A stretch of 64,000 nt of DNA from a virus: the IMG/VR virus record IMGVR_UViG_3300017991_000003, positions 64,001 to 128,000 of that record; one strand, written 5' to 3'. Both the position numbers and the translations under genes were made by a program. Below, piece after piece: positions 27,496-36,247 of the stretch (position 1 is its first letter; each line of letters opens with the position of its first letter). Under the pieces are notes generated by a model. The model made no database searches. It saw nothing but the letters and a program-made list of their open reading frames with translations, and was not told where the DNA came from.

Positions 27496-29394
27496 TCAGG
27501 GGTAGATGGGGAGGGTGGCTTCTGTTTCGGACTTGTTGCAGAAGGCGATCTCCTCGAGGAGGACATCGTCTTCCATGTCGTCGGGGTCCTCGAGGACTCC
27601 GTCCATCTCGAGCACCAGTCGATCCATCTGATCGAGGATCTCTTGGTAGTCCTTGCGGTAGGGAATGCCGGCGTTCTGGGCCGCCTTGCGGACGACAAAG
27701 TAGGTCAGCCGGAACCACTCGAGCAGGACGCCGTCGGAGTCCTCTCGCGAGAATGCCTCGACGTAGCTCAGGTTGGTCTCGATCACGGTCTCGATCACGG
27801 TGTCGATCGACGTCTCGGGGAACACAGTTTTCACCGTCGGGTCGGCGTAGACGTATTTCGAGAGCTTGTCGATCCGGGCATCCAGTGCGATCGACTTGAA
27901 TAGCCGGTCGAGAAGGTCGTCGATGCGATTCATCACCTCGTCGATGACGTCTCGAACCAGCATGCTGTAGAGGGTCTGACGACTCTCGGATGCGCTGTTC
28001 TGCGCTTCTTCGACGATCTCTTCGATCGTGGGGGCGTTATCGAACCACTCACTGGTCGAGGCGTGGTTCATGAGCAGATGCAGGGCTAGGGCCGTAGCGT
28101 TGCTCGACGTCAGACTGTCCTTGAACGAGGTGCAGTACGCCCACACGGCTCGTGGGAAGGTCGTTTGCTGACCCTCCGCCTTCTTGATCAGCTGAAGGGG
28201 GTAGTGCGCTTGCGGTGAGATCACCATGCCGTAGAAGCCGGTGTGCATCCGCTGGATGCGGAACTTCTTATCAGCGACCAGCGAAGGGCCAGAGGCTGTC
28301 TTGCTGACAGGTACCAGTGAGGTAGTCGTCTTCTTCGTCGTCTGGCCAAGGCCACCCTGCGCCCCCGTACCCCCAGTCTTGCCGCCAGGAGTCGAAGGCG
28401 TACCCGCTTTGCCGCCGGTCCACTTTTTCGAGCCATAGCCGCCATACCTGCTGGTCTTGGCTTTCTTCTCCGCCTCCTTGATGGCCTCGCTGGCCAACTT
28501 GAACGTGGTAAGACAACGGGCGGCCTCGCCCATCCTGTCCTTCCAACGCCCCAGGCTTTCCATCGACCCACAGAAGGTCATCACAGTGCTCGTGTCGACG
28601 TCCTCGAGCTTGTCGACGCTGAGACCGACGGCGAGCTCGTCGGGATCGACCCCGGCCTTCAGCATGGCTTCGCACAGTCCGGGGTGGGCGACCCGGTTCA
28701 GCCACAGCTGAATCAGATCCAGGCCGCCCTCCACGAAAGGGATGTCGAACAACTCCTCGAGACCGGTCGCGTGGCGGATGCCCTGCGCCTTCTCGTTGCG
28801 GTAGCCGGGGAGGGCGGTGACGAACGACGGGCACACCGAGAAGGGCGGCTTGTCCACGTTCCCGAAGGTGATGTGGAAGCCCGTCTGGTTGAGCTCGTTG
28901 GCGTCGTCGGTCGAGCTGTGGTAGGCTCCACCAGCGCCGTGACTGTGCGCGGTGCCGACGCAGATGAACTCGACAAGCTCTCCATCCTCGCAGATGGGGC
29001 AAGCGTTGCCGGCTTCGAGCTCGATCGAGCCGATGCGACAGGTCGTGCAGAAGCTCTTGACGTTGGGATCGTACTTCACGTGCCCCGCGGAGGCGGTGTA
29101 CCACGGCGGACTGACGAGGGTGTAGGCGTCGTCGACCGGCCCTCGGTGGAAGAGCACGAAGGCCTCGGTCTTCCACAGGCGGTAGACCTCGGCGAAGTAG
29201 CGGTAGACGAACATCGTCTCCGCCATGGAGATCTTGGGCCAGTTGGTGAGGTCCAGGTCACGCTGGATCTGGTCGGTTTCACCGAGGTCCTCGGCCCGGG
29301 CGGGAACGAAGGCCTGAGCCCAGGCGGCCCCGCCTGGGCCGATGGTCTTCAGCACGTGGGCTTGGTTGCCCTTGTAGTAGATGTCGGTGGTCAT
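27496..29394 (-). CDS. JAB/JAMM (MPN+) metalloprotease-domain protein with N-terminal zinc ribbon and long C-terminal extension
   Basis: Exact JAMM motif HSHGAGGAYHSSTD (HxHx7Sx2D) after CTTC...CPIC; Gly/Lys-rich linker; ATG 29394 overlaps upstream stop (ATGA). Confidence 0.7.
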   Translation of the reverse strand: MTTDIYYKGNQAHVLKTIGPGGAAWAQAFVPARAEDLGETDQIQRDLDLTNWPKISMAETMFVYRYFAEVYRLWKTEAFVLFHRGPVDDAYTLVSPPWYTASAGHVKYDPNVKSFCTTCRIGSIELEAGNACPICEDGELVEFICVGTAHSHGAGGAYHSSTDDANELNQTGFHITFGNVDKPPFSVCPSFVTALPGYRNEKAQGIRHATGLEELFDIPFVEGGLDLIQLWLNRVAHPGLCEAMLKAGVDPDELAVGLSVDKLEDVDTSTVMTFCGSMESLGRWKDRMGEAARCLTTFKLASEAIKEAEKKAKTSRYGGYGSKKWTGGKAGTPSTPGGKTGGTGAQGGLGQTTKKTTTSLVPVSKTASGPSLVADKKFRIQRMHTGFYGMVISPQAHYPLQLIKKAEGQQTTFPRAVWAYCTSFKDSLTSSNATALALHLLMNHASTSEWFDNAPTIEEIVEEAQNSASESRQTLYSMLVRDVIDEVMNRIDDLLDRLFKSIALDARIDKLSKYVYADPTVKTVFPETSIDTVIETVIETNLSYVEAFSREDSDGVLLEWFRLTYFVVRKAAQNAGIPYRKDYQEILDQMDRLVLEMDGVLEDPDDMEDDVLLEEIAFCNKSETEATLPIYP

Positions 29395-29816
29395 GTGGTG
29401 ATCAGGGGTGGGTGGAATCGACGTAGGACGGTCAAGACCGCCTGGGTGTCTTCGTTGATGTCTTGCTCGGCTAGTAGGTGATCGAGCCGGCGCATCCAAT
29501 CACGTAGGGTCGTGAGCTGCTCGGGGCCCATGCTCGCCGGAGGGTCGACGACAGGACGTCGGTCGCTCTCGTCTCGGATCAAGTTGAAGCGGATGTTGTT
29601 GATCCTTCCACCGTCTAGCGCAACTGGATAGGTGCGTTGGAAGATCTGACCAAGAGCCTCGATCATCTCTCGAGTAAGACCCGTCCCCTCAAGATCGAGA
29701 AGGTGCGGTCGGTTCTCGAGGATCCGAGATAGAAGCTCCTCGCGTCTCCGGATAATGGCCTGGTGATCATTGTGTCGATCACGCGCGCCTTGCACGGTGT
29801 CCAGAATGGTGGTCAT
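29391..29816 (-). CDS. hypothetical protein (operon member, no Cys)
   Basis: ATG 29816 (MTTILDTVQ...) overlaps stop of upstream gene (ATGA); 141 aa. Confidence 0.5.
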   Translation of the reverse strand: MTTILDTVQGARDRHNDHQAIIRRREELLSRILENRPHLLDLEGTGLTREMIEALGQIFQRTYPVALDGGRINNIRFNLIRDESDRRPVVDPPASMGPEQLTTLRDWMRRLDHLLAEQDINEDTQAVLTVLRRFHPPLITT

Positions 29817-30655
29817 CGGACCACCTCTCGCCACTTCTCGGCCGCCGTACCGAGCTCCCGGCCCAGTACGATCTCATCGACGTCCGTCTGCCAGGTCATG
29901 ATGCGATCCTCGGTCCAGCGCTGCCATCGACAGAACTGCCAGAGCATGACAGTGTTCATGTTCAGGCCCAGATCACGCCGCCTGTCGTAGTCGGTGTAGT
30001 CACCTTCGGGGAGTTGCTCGAAGTACGGGACCTCTCGAAGCGCTTCGGGAACCTCAAACCCCTCAGGGAGCGGCCCGCTGAAAGGTGGCATGGTCAGGGA
30101 GTGCTCGTAGTGCGCGTTGTAGCCGGACTCGTTGATGAGCTTGAGGACCATCTCCGGGATCGACTGGAGCCCGTTGTACCGGTACTGGCGGAACACAGCA
30201 CCCGTGCACATGCCTCCCGTATCTTGCTGGTTCGGTAGGAATGATTTGTACAGAACCGGGGTGTACCCCGCCTCCAGATGCGGCTGCTGCTTGGTGAAGA
30301 AGCAGCGGGCATCGGAGAGGCGCCCGTCGTAGATCGAGATGATGAAGACGCGCGCAGGCATGGCGACCAGGAATCGAAGACCCTCCGGCCAGCCGCGGTT
30401 CTCGCGGACGTCGATGGAGATCCTCTCAGCCCGCGGAGGCACGACTGCCATGAAGTGCTCGTTGTGGGCATCCTTGGTGTGTGCCAGGATGTTTACGTAG
30501 GGGTGGTACGGAAAGAGGGCGCCAGCGCGCCGGCCTCGTTCCTCGAGGGCGGTCACGACGTCTTCTTCCCGCGTGATGCGGTTGACGTGAACCGTTTGAT
30601 GGATCACGTGACCATCGACGATGACGAGTCGATCGTGGGTTTCGAAGTTGGTCAT
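29813..30655 (-). CDS. hypothetical protein translationally coupled to the reverse transcriptase (candidate accessory/effector)
   Basis: 280 aa; ATG at 30655 overlaps RT stop at 30652 (ATGA); no recognised motif. Confidence 0.55.
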   Translation of the reverse strand: MTNFETHDRLVIVDGHVIHQTVHVNRITREEDVVTALEERGRRAGALFPYHPYVNILAHTKDAHNEHFMAVVPPRAERISIDVRENRGWPEGLRFLVAMPARVFIISIYDGRLSDARCFFTKQQPHLEAGYTPVLYKSFLPNQQDTGGMCTGAVFRQYRYNGLQSIPEMVLKLINESGYNAHYEHSLTMPPFSGPLPEGFEVPEALREVPYFEQLPEGDYTDYDRRRDLGLNMNTVMLWQFCRWQRWTEDRIMTWQTDVDEIVLGRELGTAAEKWREVVR

Positions 30656-31755
30656 GGGAGGTACGCGCGTGTCTCGGCGCTGTAGTTGGTGGGGGTGTTG
30701 TGGTGCACGTCTTGCGCGACACGCAGTTGTAGTTGGAGCGAGGCTCCTTGATCAGGGTTGATGAAGTTGACGTGGTTGACGAGGCCGGCGAGGTGGTCAA
30801 AGTTCACCGGCACAGGGCCTCGGTGCGTCAGCTCTCCCCCACGGGGACAGCGGCCGAAGTGCGCGTCGCAGATGATCTTGTGCAGCCGGGCGCGAAGCGC
30901 GCGCCGTCGAGGCCTGGGAGCGCTTAGCTTCTCGTTGACGACGACGCCGCAGACCGTCATGCGACTGCCGATGGAGCGGAATCGGATCTTTTCGGGGGCG
31001 ACCTTGTAGCCCAGCTTTTTCAGGAACCCGATGACGGGGTACTGGAACTGGTACAGCTTTCTGTAATCCGCCGTGAAGGTCATGTCGTCGCTATAGCGGG
31101 TGTACGCGATCGGCAGGAGTCTGATCTGAGTCTGCGTCTTTCGCCGGCGCTCTCCGTGGTTGTCGACCCACCGCATCGTGGGGTTGGTCCGCCAGGACTC
31201 GATCAGCTTCAGGATGCCGAAGTCCACCTGAGCCCCTGCCAGGTTGGAGAGGAAGGGGGACGTGGGGGCTCCTTGTGGTAGGCCACCATCCAAGAAGCAG
31301 GCGCGTTTGACTCTGTCAAGGAAGAGCCTGTCGGCACGTGACATCGGTTGCATGTACCCCCTGGTCAGGAAGTACTCCAGCTGCTCGAGGACGACGTGGG
31401 GAGACACGGACGGGAAGAAGTCCCGCAGATCGATGTCCAGCTTGTACCGGTGACCTACATGCGGGGCGGCGTTGGTGTGGATACCACGCTTGCGGACGTA
31501 GGCATGAGCTGCTGGGGAGGCCCCGATCCCGAGCGCTTTGAGCTCGCTGAGGATGAGCTTTTGAGCAGCCATTAGCTCCGGGCAAGGGATCTGGAGCTTT
31601 CGCATCTTCTGACGTGTCCGACCGTTCGAAAGCGTCTCGAGTACCGGGACTTCTCGACCATCCCGGGTACGCCTGGTCTTGGGGATTCGTGCGAATCGGT
31701 AGTGCTCAGCTTGAGCGGTGTCCGTCAGGACATTGAATGATGGGTAGCCAGCCAT
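30652..31755 (-). CDS. reverse transcriptase, retron-type
   Basis: 367 aa; RT motifs: HTNAAPHVGHRYKLDIDLRDFFPSV (NAxxH + motif 2), LPQGAPTSPFLSNL (QGxxxSP), YTRYSDDMTF (YxDD), TVCGVVVN (VTG-like); GAGGGT SD before ATG 31755. Confidence 0.85.
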   Translation of the reverse strand: MAGYPSFNVLTDTAQAEHYRFARIPKTRRTRDGREVPVLETLSNGRTRQKMRKLQIPCPELMAAQKLILSELKALGIGASPAAHAYVRKRGIHTNAAPHVGHRYKLDIDLRDFFPSVSPHVVLEQLEYFLTRGYMQPMSRADRLFLDRVKRACFLDGGLPQGAPTSPFLSNLAGAQVDFGILKLIESWRTNPTMRWVDNHGERRRKTQTQIRLLPIAYTRYSDDMTFTADYRKLYQFQYPVIGFLKKLGYKVAPEKIRFRSIGSRMTVCGVVVNEKLSAPRPRRRALRARLHKIICDAHFGRCPRGGELTHRGPVPVNFDHLAGLVNHVNFINPDQGASLQLQLRVAQDVHHNTPTNYSAETRAYLP

Positions 31756-31811
31756 GATCTACCCTCAGATGACGGCGCAGATTGCGCTCAAGGCAAGAAG
31801 TAGCATGTGCT

Positions 31812-32414
31812 TCACTCCGTGGTTTGAGGAAGTAGCGGGAGGTCCGCCTGGTGAAAGGCCTGGAAGATCGCCGAGGCGACGGTCTTCAGACGGCTTTCGA
31901 AGATCAGGTGGTCCGGGTGAGACATCTCCCCAGCGGGCGGGAGCTCTTTGAACAGCCGGTCGATGATGGCTACGAGCAGGTCGTTAGCGTCGGCCTGGCT
32001 GACCAGGAGGCTCCGGGGGCGGAGGTTGATGTTCAGATTGGAGGCTATGCCCCGTAGCACCGGTGGACGGGACCGGGCCGCGTGGACGGCGAAGGCGATT
32101 GAGGCTAGCCGGTGGTTGTTGTCGGCCGCAGACGGTGTGGTGGTGGCGGGGTTGTGCTTGCGGAGCGGGTCCGTGTCGGGGACCGGGTCGGGCAGCACCA
32201 GGGGACCTACGCCGTTTTTGGCCAATCGGTGGTAAAGGCTTAGAGCTGCCAAAGCCCCGAGTCCCATAGCCGGCAGCAATGCGCGGTTGGAGACTCGAGC
32301 GGGGCGTGGTGCGTCGACTGAGTCGGTCGACCACCAGGCGGACAGCCCTTCACGAACGGGCCCTTCATAGAGGGGCCACGTCTTCGTCAAGGCATCAATG
32401 ACGGGGACGTACAT
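31812..32414 (-). CDS. hypothetical protein (uncertain; region may instead be non-coding leader of the RT operon)
   Basis: 200-aa ORF with no Shine-Dalgarno before its ATG. Confidence 0.3.
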   Translation of the reverse strand: MYVPVIDALTKTWPLYEGPVREGLSAWWSTDSVDAPRPARVSNRALLPAMGLGALAALSLYHRLAKNGVGPLVLPDPVPDTDPLRKHNPATTTPSAADNNHRLASIAFAVHAARSRPPVLRGIASNLNINLRPRSLLVSQADANDLLVAIIDRLFKELPPAGEMSHPDHLIFESRLKTVASAIFQAFHQADLPLLPQTTE

Positions 32415-32549
32415 TCAGATCCGGATAGGGAGGTGGAGATGTGTTCGTGTCGGCAAACAGTGGCTCACAGGACTCATGCCATGTCTGTTAGGTCTTTTCA
32501 TGCGGGCCCCCAGGCGCTATCCTGAGCCTGTCAACAACTGGAGACGACC

Positions 32550-33218
32550 ATGTCGCAACGACCCACAGGTTCTCGCCCCGCCCCGCGCGGCTCGATGATG
32601 TCCGCTGACGCCGCTGCCGCCGACGTGCGGGCTCGGCAAGAAGCCGCAGCCCAGGAGCAGCTACAGCAGCAGGCCCAGGCGGCCAATGAGGCTCCCTCTG
32701 AGGAGCAGACCGAGCTCGACGAGGCCATCAGCTCCCAGATCCCCAAGGAGGTTCAAACCTCCCGCGGGATGCGCCCCTACGCCCAGTTCAAGAAGGAGTT
32801 CGACGAGGTCTATGAGCAGGTCCGTGACAAGGACCACCTGCTCTCTGGTCGAGTGACATACTCGACCGAGCTGGCTGGTCTTCCTATCACCATCCAGAGC
32901 CTGCGCCAACGGGACCGGCGGCTGCTGGCGGCCTGGGCCCCTGACGCCCGGGATGAGCATCGGGCATTCATGGATGGGGAGTTCCAGTACCGCTCCCGCC
33001 TGATGGTCCTGTCCCTGGTCCGGGTTGGGGATGTGGAGTTCCCGAGCCTGCCGATCAAGACGGATCCGGAATCTTGGGAGAAGCAGGACCCGATCCAGCA
33101 GGCCCTGTCCTACGTTGAAGACTGGGACGAGACCCTGTTCAACGTGATCTTCGGGCTCCTATCTGACCTCGAGACCGCCAAGCACTTCGCGCTGCTGGAG
33201 AACCTGGGAAACCCCTAG
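32550..33218 (+). CDS. hypothetical protein
   Basis: 222 aa; GGAGAC SD before ATG; Gln/Ala-rich N-terminus. Confidence 0.55.
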   Translation: MSQRPTGSRPAPRGSMMSADAAAADVRARQEAAAQEQLQQQAQAANEAPSEEQTELDEAISSQIPKEVQTSRGMRPYAQFKKEFDEVYEQVRDKDHLLSGRVTYSTELAGLPITIQSLRQRDRRLLAAWAPDARDEHRAFMDGEFQYRSRLMVLSLVRVGDVEFPSLPIKTDPESWEKQDPIQQALSYVEDWDETLFNVIFGLLSDLETAKHFALLENLGNP

Positions 33219-33265
33219 CCACCCCGCTCGCGTACTACCGAGTCCGCCTGCTGCTGCGGGGCGGG

Positions 33266-33559
33266 GTGGATCTAGCGGAGTTCTCCTTCCTCGAGCAGCA
33301 AGACTTCATCGAGTACGAGCGGAAGGAGCAGGCGATGCGGTTCGTCGAGCAGGCGACCCAGATCTACGCCACCGCCAAGGATACGGAAAGTGCTAAGGCC
33401 CTCGTTGAGCGGCTCCGGGAGGAGCTCTTCATCGGCCAGGCCCAGGCCAAAGCTGAGCGCACCAAGCGTCTGAGTGACGAGCTGGTCGAGGCGATCCACA
33501 AGACCTATTCGATCACTACGGCCGGCGGAGCCGCTATCCTTGAGGTGAGCAATGACTGA
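33266..33559 (+). CDS. hypothetical protein
   Basis: 97-aa helical acidic ORF. Confidence 0.45.
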   Translation: MDLAEFSFLEQQDFIEYERKEQAMRFVEQATQIYATAKDTESAKALVERLREELFIGQAQAKAERTKRLSDELVEAIHKTYSITTAGGAAILEVSND

Positions 33560-34112
33560 ATCTTTCACCTCCCAGGTCCTCCGGCAGACCATCAAGCAGG
33601 TGCGGGCCGGGTCTCGAGACCTGACCAGCACCCGGCTTGAGCCTTACTACCGAGGGACGCGGCGCCTCTCGGCGGAGGAGGTGGCCAGCCGAGCCGCGGC
33701 CTCGGCCGCTTTTCGGCAGGAGGCTGGATTCCGACCTCTCTCCACGGCTGAGGCGGCCCAGCAGATCGGGGACAGCGGGGGCCGGGCCCTGTTCCTGACC
33801 CTCATGAGCGGGCTGGGACTGGAGCGTGAGTACGACGAGGACGTCGTCTCTCAGGATGCTGTGGAGGGGGTCCCGGATCTCGGGGACCGGACGACCTTTG
33901 CGGACACCAAAGCCGCCTCAGGCGCCTCGCTGACGGTCCAGGAGGCCCGTGCCGGCCTGCGGGCGGTCGAGGGCCTAGCCAGCCGCCTCCCCACGGGCGG
34001 GCAGGTCAAGCACATCCTTGAGCCCGCGCAGCCGGCCCTGGCGGATGATGATTCCGTGGTCCAGGAGCGGCTCGAGAAGATGTGGGACTACGTCCGCGAC
34101 CTGTTGCCGTAG
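33552..34112 (+). CDS. hypothetical protein
   Basis: 186 aa; overlaps upstream by 8 nt. Confidence 0.5.
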   Translation: MTESFTSQVLRQTIKQVRAGSRDLTSTRLEPYYRGTRRLSAEEVASRAAASAAFRQEAGFRPLSTAEAAQQIGDSGGRALFLTLMSGLGLEREYDEDVVSQDAVEGVPDLGDRTTFADTKAASGASLTVQEARAGLRAVEGLASRLPTGGQVKHILEPAQPALADDDSVVQERLEKMWDYVRDLLP

Positions 34113-34192
34113 GTCCGGTCGGAGCGGGGGTTTATACTCCTAGCAGGCGTAGGAGCCGCTTCTCTGGCACTGGGTGCCAGTGCCAGTAAACC

Positions 34193-36247
34193 ATGCCCGA
34201 CCCCTATCCGAACCAGAACCAGGCGCTGTACGCCCTCCAGCAGCGGATCCAGGCCCAGCAGCAGCAGCAAATGCGGGCTGAGTCCATGGCCGTGGGGGGC
34301 ACGAACTCCATGGCCACTGAGTCCATGCGGGTCTCGATGATGCTGCAACAGCAGCAGCTTCAGCTCCAGATGCAGCAGCAGATGCAGCAGCTGCGCTCGT
34401 CCATGTACGGGACGTTCACGGCTGGGGCGGGCGCCGCATCCCCGGTCATGCGCCAGAACTTCGGCTCTCTGGTGATGGGGGCTGGGGTGGCTCGGGGCGT
34501 CAACACGATGACCGGCGGGCTCCTATACCCGGACTACAACTACCATTGGGGCCTCACCCGGGCTCGGATGGAGCAGGACGCGTCGGACGAGCTCCGTCAG
34601 CGGATGTTCAGCGATGTCGGGAACGAGTTGATCGCTGGCCTGGTCCCGGACGTGATCCGACGCCGGACCGGGGCGGCCTTCGCAGGCTCGAGGCCTGAGT
34701 TTGTGCGGGCAGCTTATGCTCGCTACTCCGGTTTGCGGGGCGGGGACGTGGCCGCGTTCGGCGGTGGAGGTAACGTTGACGGACCTGGTCTGCGATTGCG
34801 GGCTGACGCGACACAGAGCTCAGCGCGGGCGTTCGAGGCCGGGCTTTTGAACCTCAACCGCCGGCTTGGGTATGCCCTCGGTAGCGATGAGGTGAGCATG
34901 CTCCAGGACGTCACGGCAGGCCTCTCGGTCCACCAGGCCTTCCGAGGTCAGCGCGCTGGGGAGTCGGTCCTTGCCTCGGATAACCGCCAGGTTCAGAGCC
35001 TGATTAGCAGCATTCATGACCTGAGTCGTGCTCTCCAGCTGAACGTTGATCAAACGCGCGAGATGGTGAACATGGGCCGGCAGCACGGCTTGATGCCTAA
35101 CAGCTCGGCGTTCCAGGCTCTGGGAGCCATCGGCCAGGGCGGAAACCTGATCCAGATGAGCAACGCGGATCGGGCCCGGTACGCTATGCCGATCATGGCT
35201 CAGGCCCGCGGGATGGGCATGGACGCGGTCACCGCAGTCAACCGGCGGTTCGGTAGTGCGGAGGGCGTCCTAGGCCGCTACCGGGCTGGCCTCATGTCTG
35301 ATGCGCAGCTGTTCCGATTCGGCGGGACCAGTGAGGACGACGCCGCGATGCGCGTCGCGGAGTATCAAGAGCGGCTCGGTCTGGGATACGCCTCGCGGTT
35401 CGGAGGCAGTCTTGGGGCACTCTCCTATGCGGGGCAGTCTGTCGGAGGTGCTATCAGCACCGGGGCCCGGTTGGGTGCGGTTCTTGGATCCAACCCTCTG
35501 GCAGGTTTGCGTGCTTCTATGAGTGGGGCGGTGCGCTCGAACATGGCAGGCTCGATGCAGATGGATGCTTACGCCTATGCGCAGGATGCCTACCGCATCG
35601 GCGAATCGATTCAACCGGGCGGCGGTGAGGTACTTGCCGCTCGAGTATTCGGCCAGATGATCGGTGAGTCTGACCCGGTTCAGGCTATGAACATGTATCG
35701 GCAAATTGCCGGTGAGGTCGGCGCTGTCCAGCGTGGTACGTCGCTCAGTGGGGCAGAGTCTCTGCGGTTTGTCCGTACCCGTCGAATGATGCAGCAGGTG
35801 ACCGGCGAAGCCCCGGATATGTTGGATACAGCTAGGCTGTATCAATCTTTGGCGGGACGGGATGTGACCGCGGTGAGTGTTGCCCGGGCGCTAGCCCTCT
35901 CGGGAGCAGGCAGCAACACGCAGACGTCGCGCGAGTCTATCAACAGTGGCTATCGACAGGCGTCCGTGGATAAGTTCCGAAAGCTGATTACGGGACAGAC
36001 GGATCCGTCGCTCCTAGCCGTGATTGCCGAGATCTCCAACCTAGATGGGACGGGACTATCGGTGGATGTTCTTCAGGACATGGCCATCAACAAGAACAGC
36101 TCTGGGTGGAACACCGACGCTGTCAGTGTTCGGGAGCTCCTGACGATGGATCAGTTCCTCGGTAACTTTGGGAAGATCAACAAGAACCCAGACAAGCCCC
36201 CGAGCGGGACTGAGAACAATCCGATCTACGTGAAGACGGTGAGCTGA
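34193..36247 (+). CDS. large hypothetical protein (possible virion or internal protein)
   Basis: 684 aa; Gln-rich N-terminus (QQQQLQLQMQQQMQQ), Gly/Ala/Ser-rich body; ATG 34193. Confidence 0.6.
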   Translation: MPDPYPNQNQALYALQQRIQAQQQQQMRAESMAVGGTNSMATESMRVSMMLQQQQLQLQMQQQMQQLRSSMYGTFTAGAGAASPVMRQNFGSLVMGAGVARGVNTMTGGLLYPDYNYHWGLTRARMEQDASDELRQRMFSDVGNELIAGLVPDVIRRRTGAAFAGSRPEFVRAAYARYSGLRGGDVAAFGGGGNVDGPGLRLRADATQSSARAFEAGLLNLNRRLGYALGSDEVSMLQDVTAGLSVHQAFRGQRAGESVLASDNRQVQSLISSIHDLSRALQLNVDQTREMVNMGRQHGLMPNSSAFQALGAIGQGGNLIQMSNADRARYAMPIMAQARGMGMDAVTAVNRRFGSAEGVLGRYRAGLMSDAQLFRFGGTSEDDAAMRVAEYQERLGLGYASRFGGSLGALSYAGQSVGGAISTGARLGAVLGSNPLAGLRASMSGAVRSNMAGSMQMDAYAYAQDAYRIGESIQPGGGEVLAARVFGQMIGESDPVQAMNMYRQIAGEVGAVQRGTSLSGAESLRFVRTRRMMQQVTGEAPDMLDTARLYQSLAGRDVTAVSVARALALSGAGSNTQTSRESINSGYRQASVDKFRKLITGQTDPSLLAVIAEISNLDGTGLSVDVLQDMAINKNSSGWNTDAVSVRELLTMDQFLGNFGKINKNPDKPPSGTENNPIYVKTVS

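Noticed and set aside
29391-30655. E2 (UBC-like) enzyme among the two unknown proteins of the RT-JAB-E1 operon
   Set aside because: The 141-aa protein has no cysteine; the 280-aa protein has an HPYVNI stretch but no cysteine at the expected spacing. Not callable from sequence; structural search needed.
32439-32519. 27-aa small ORF with strong GGGAGG Shine-Dalgarno upstream of gene 32550
   Set aside because: Too short and Cys/Arg-rich to call; might be a leader peptide, but no supporting feature, so not annotated
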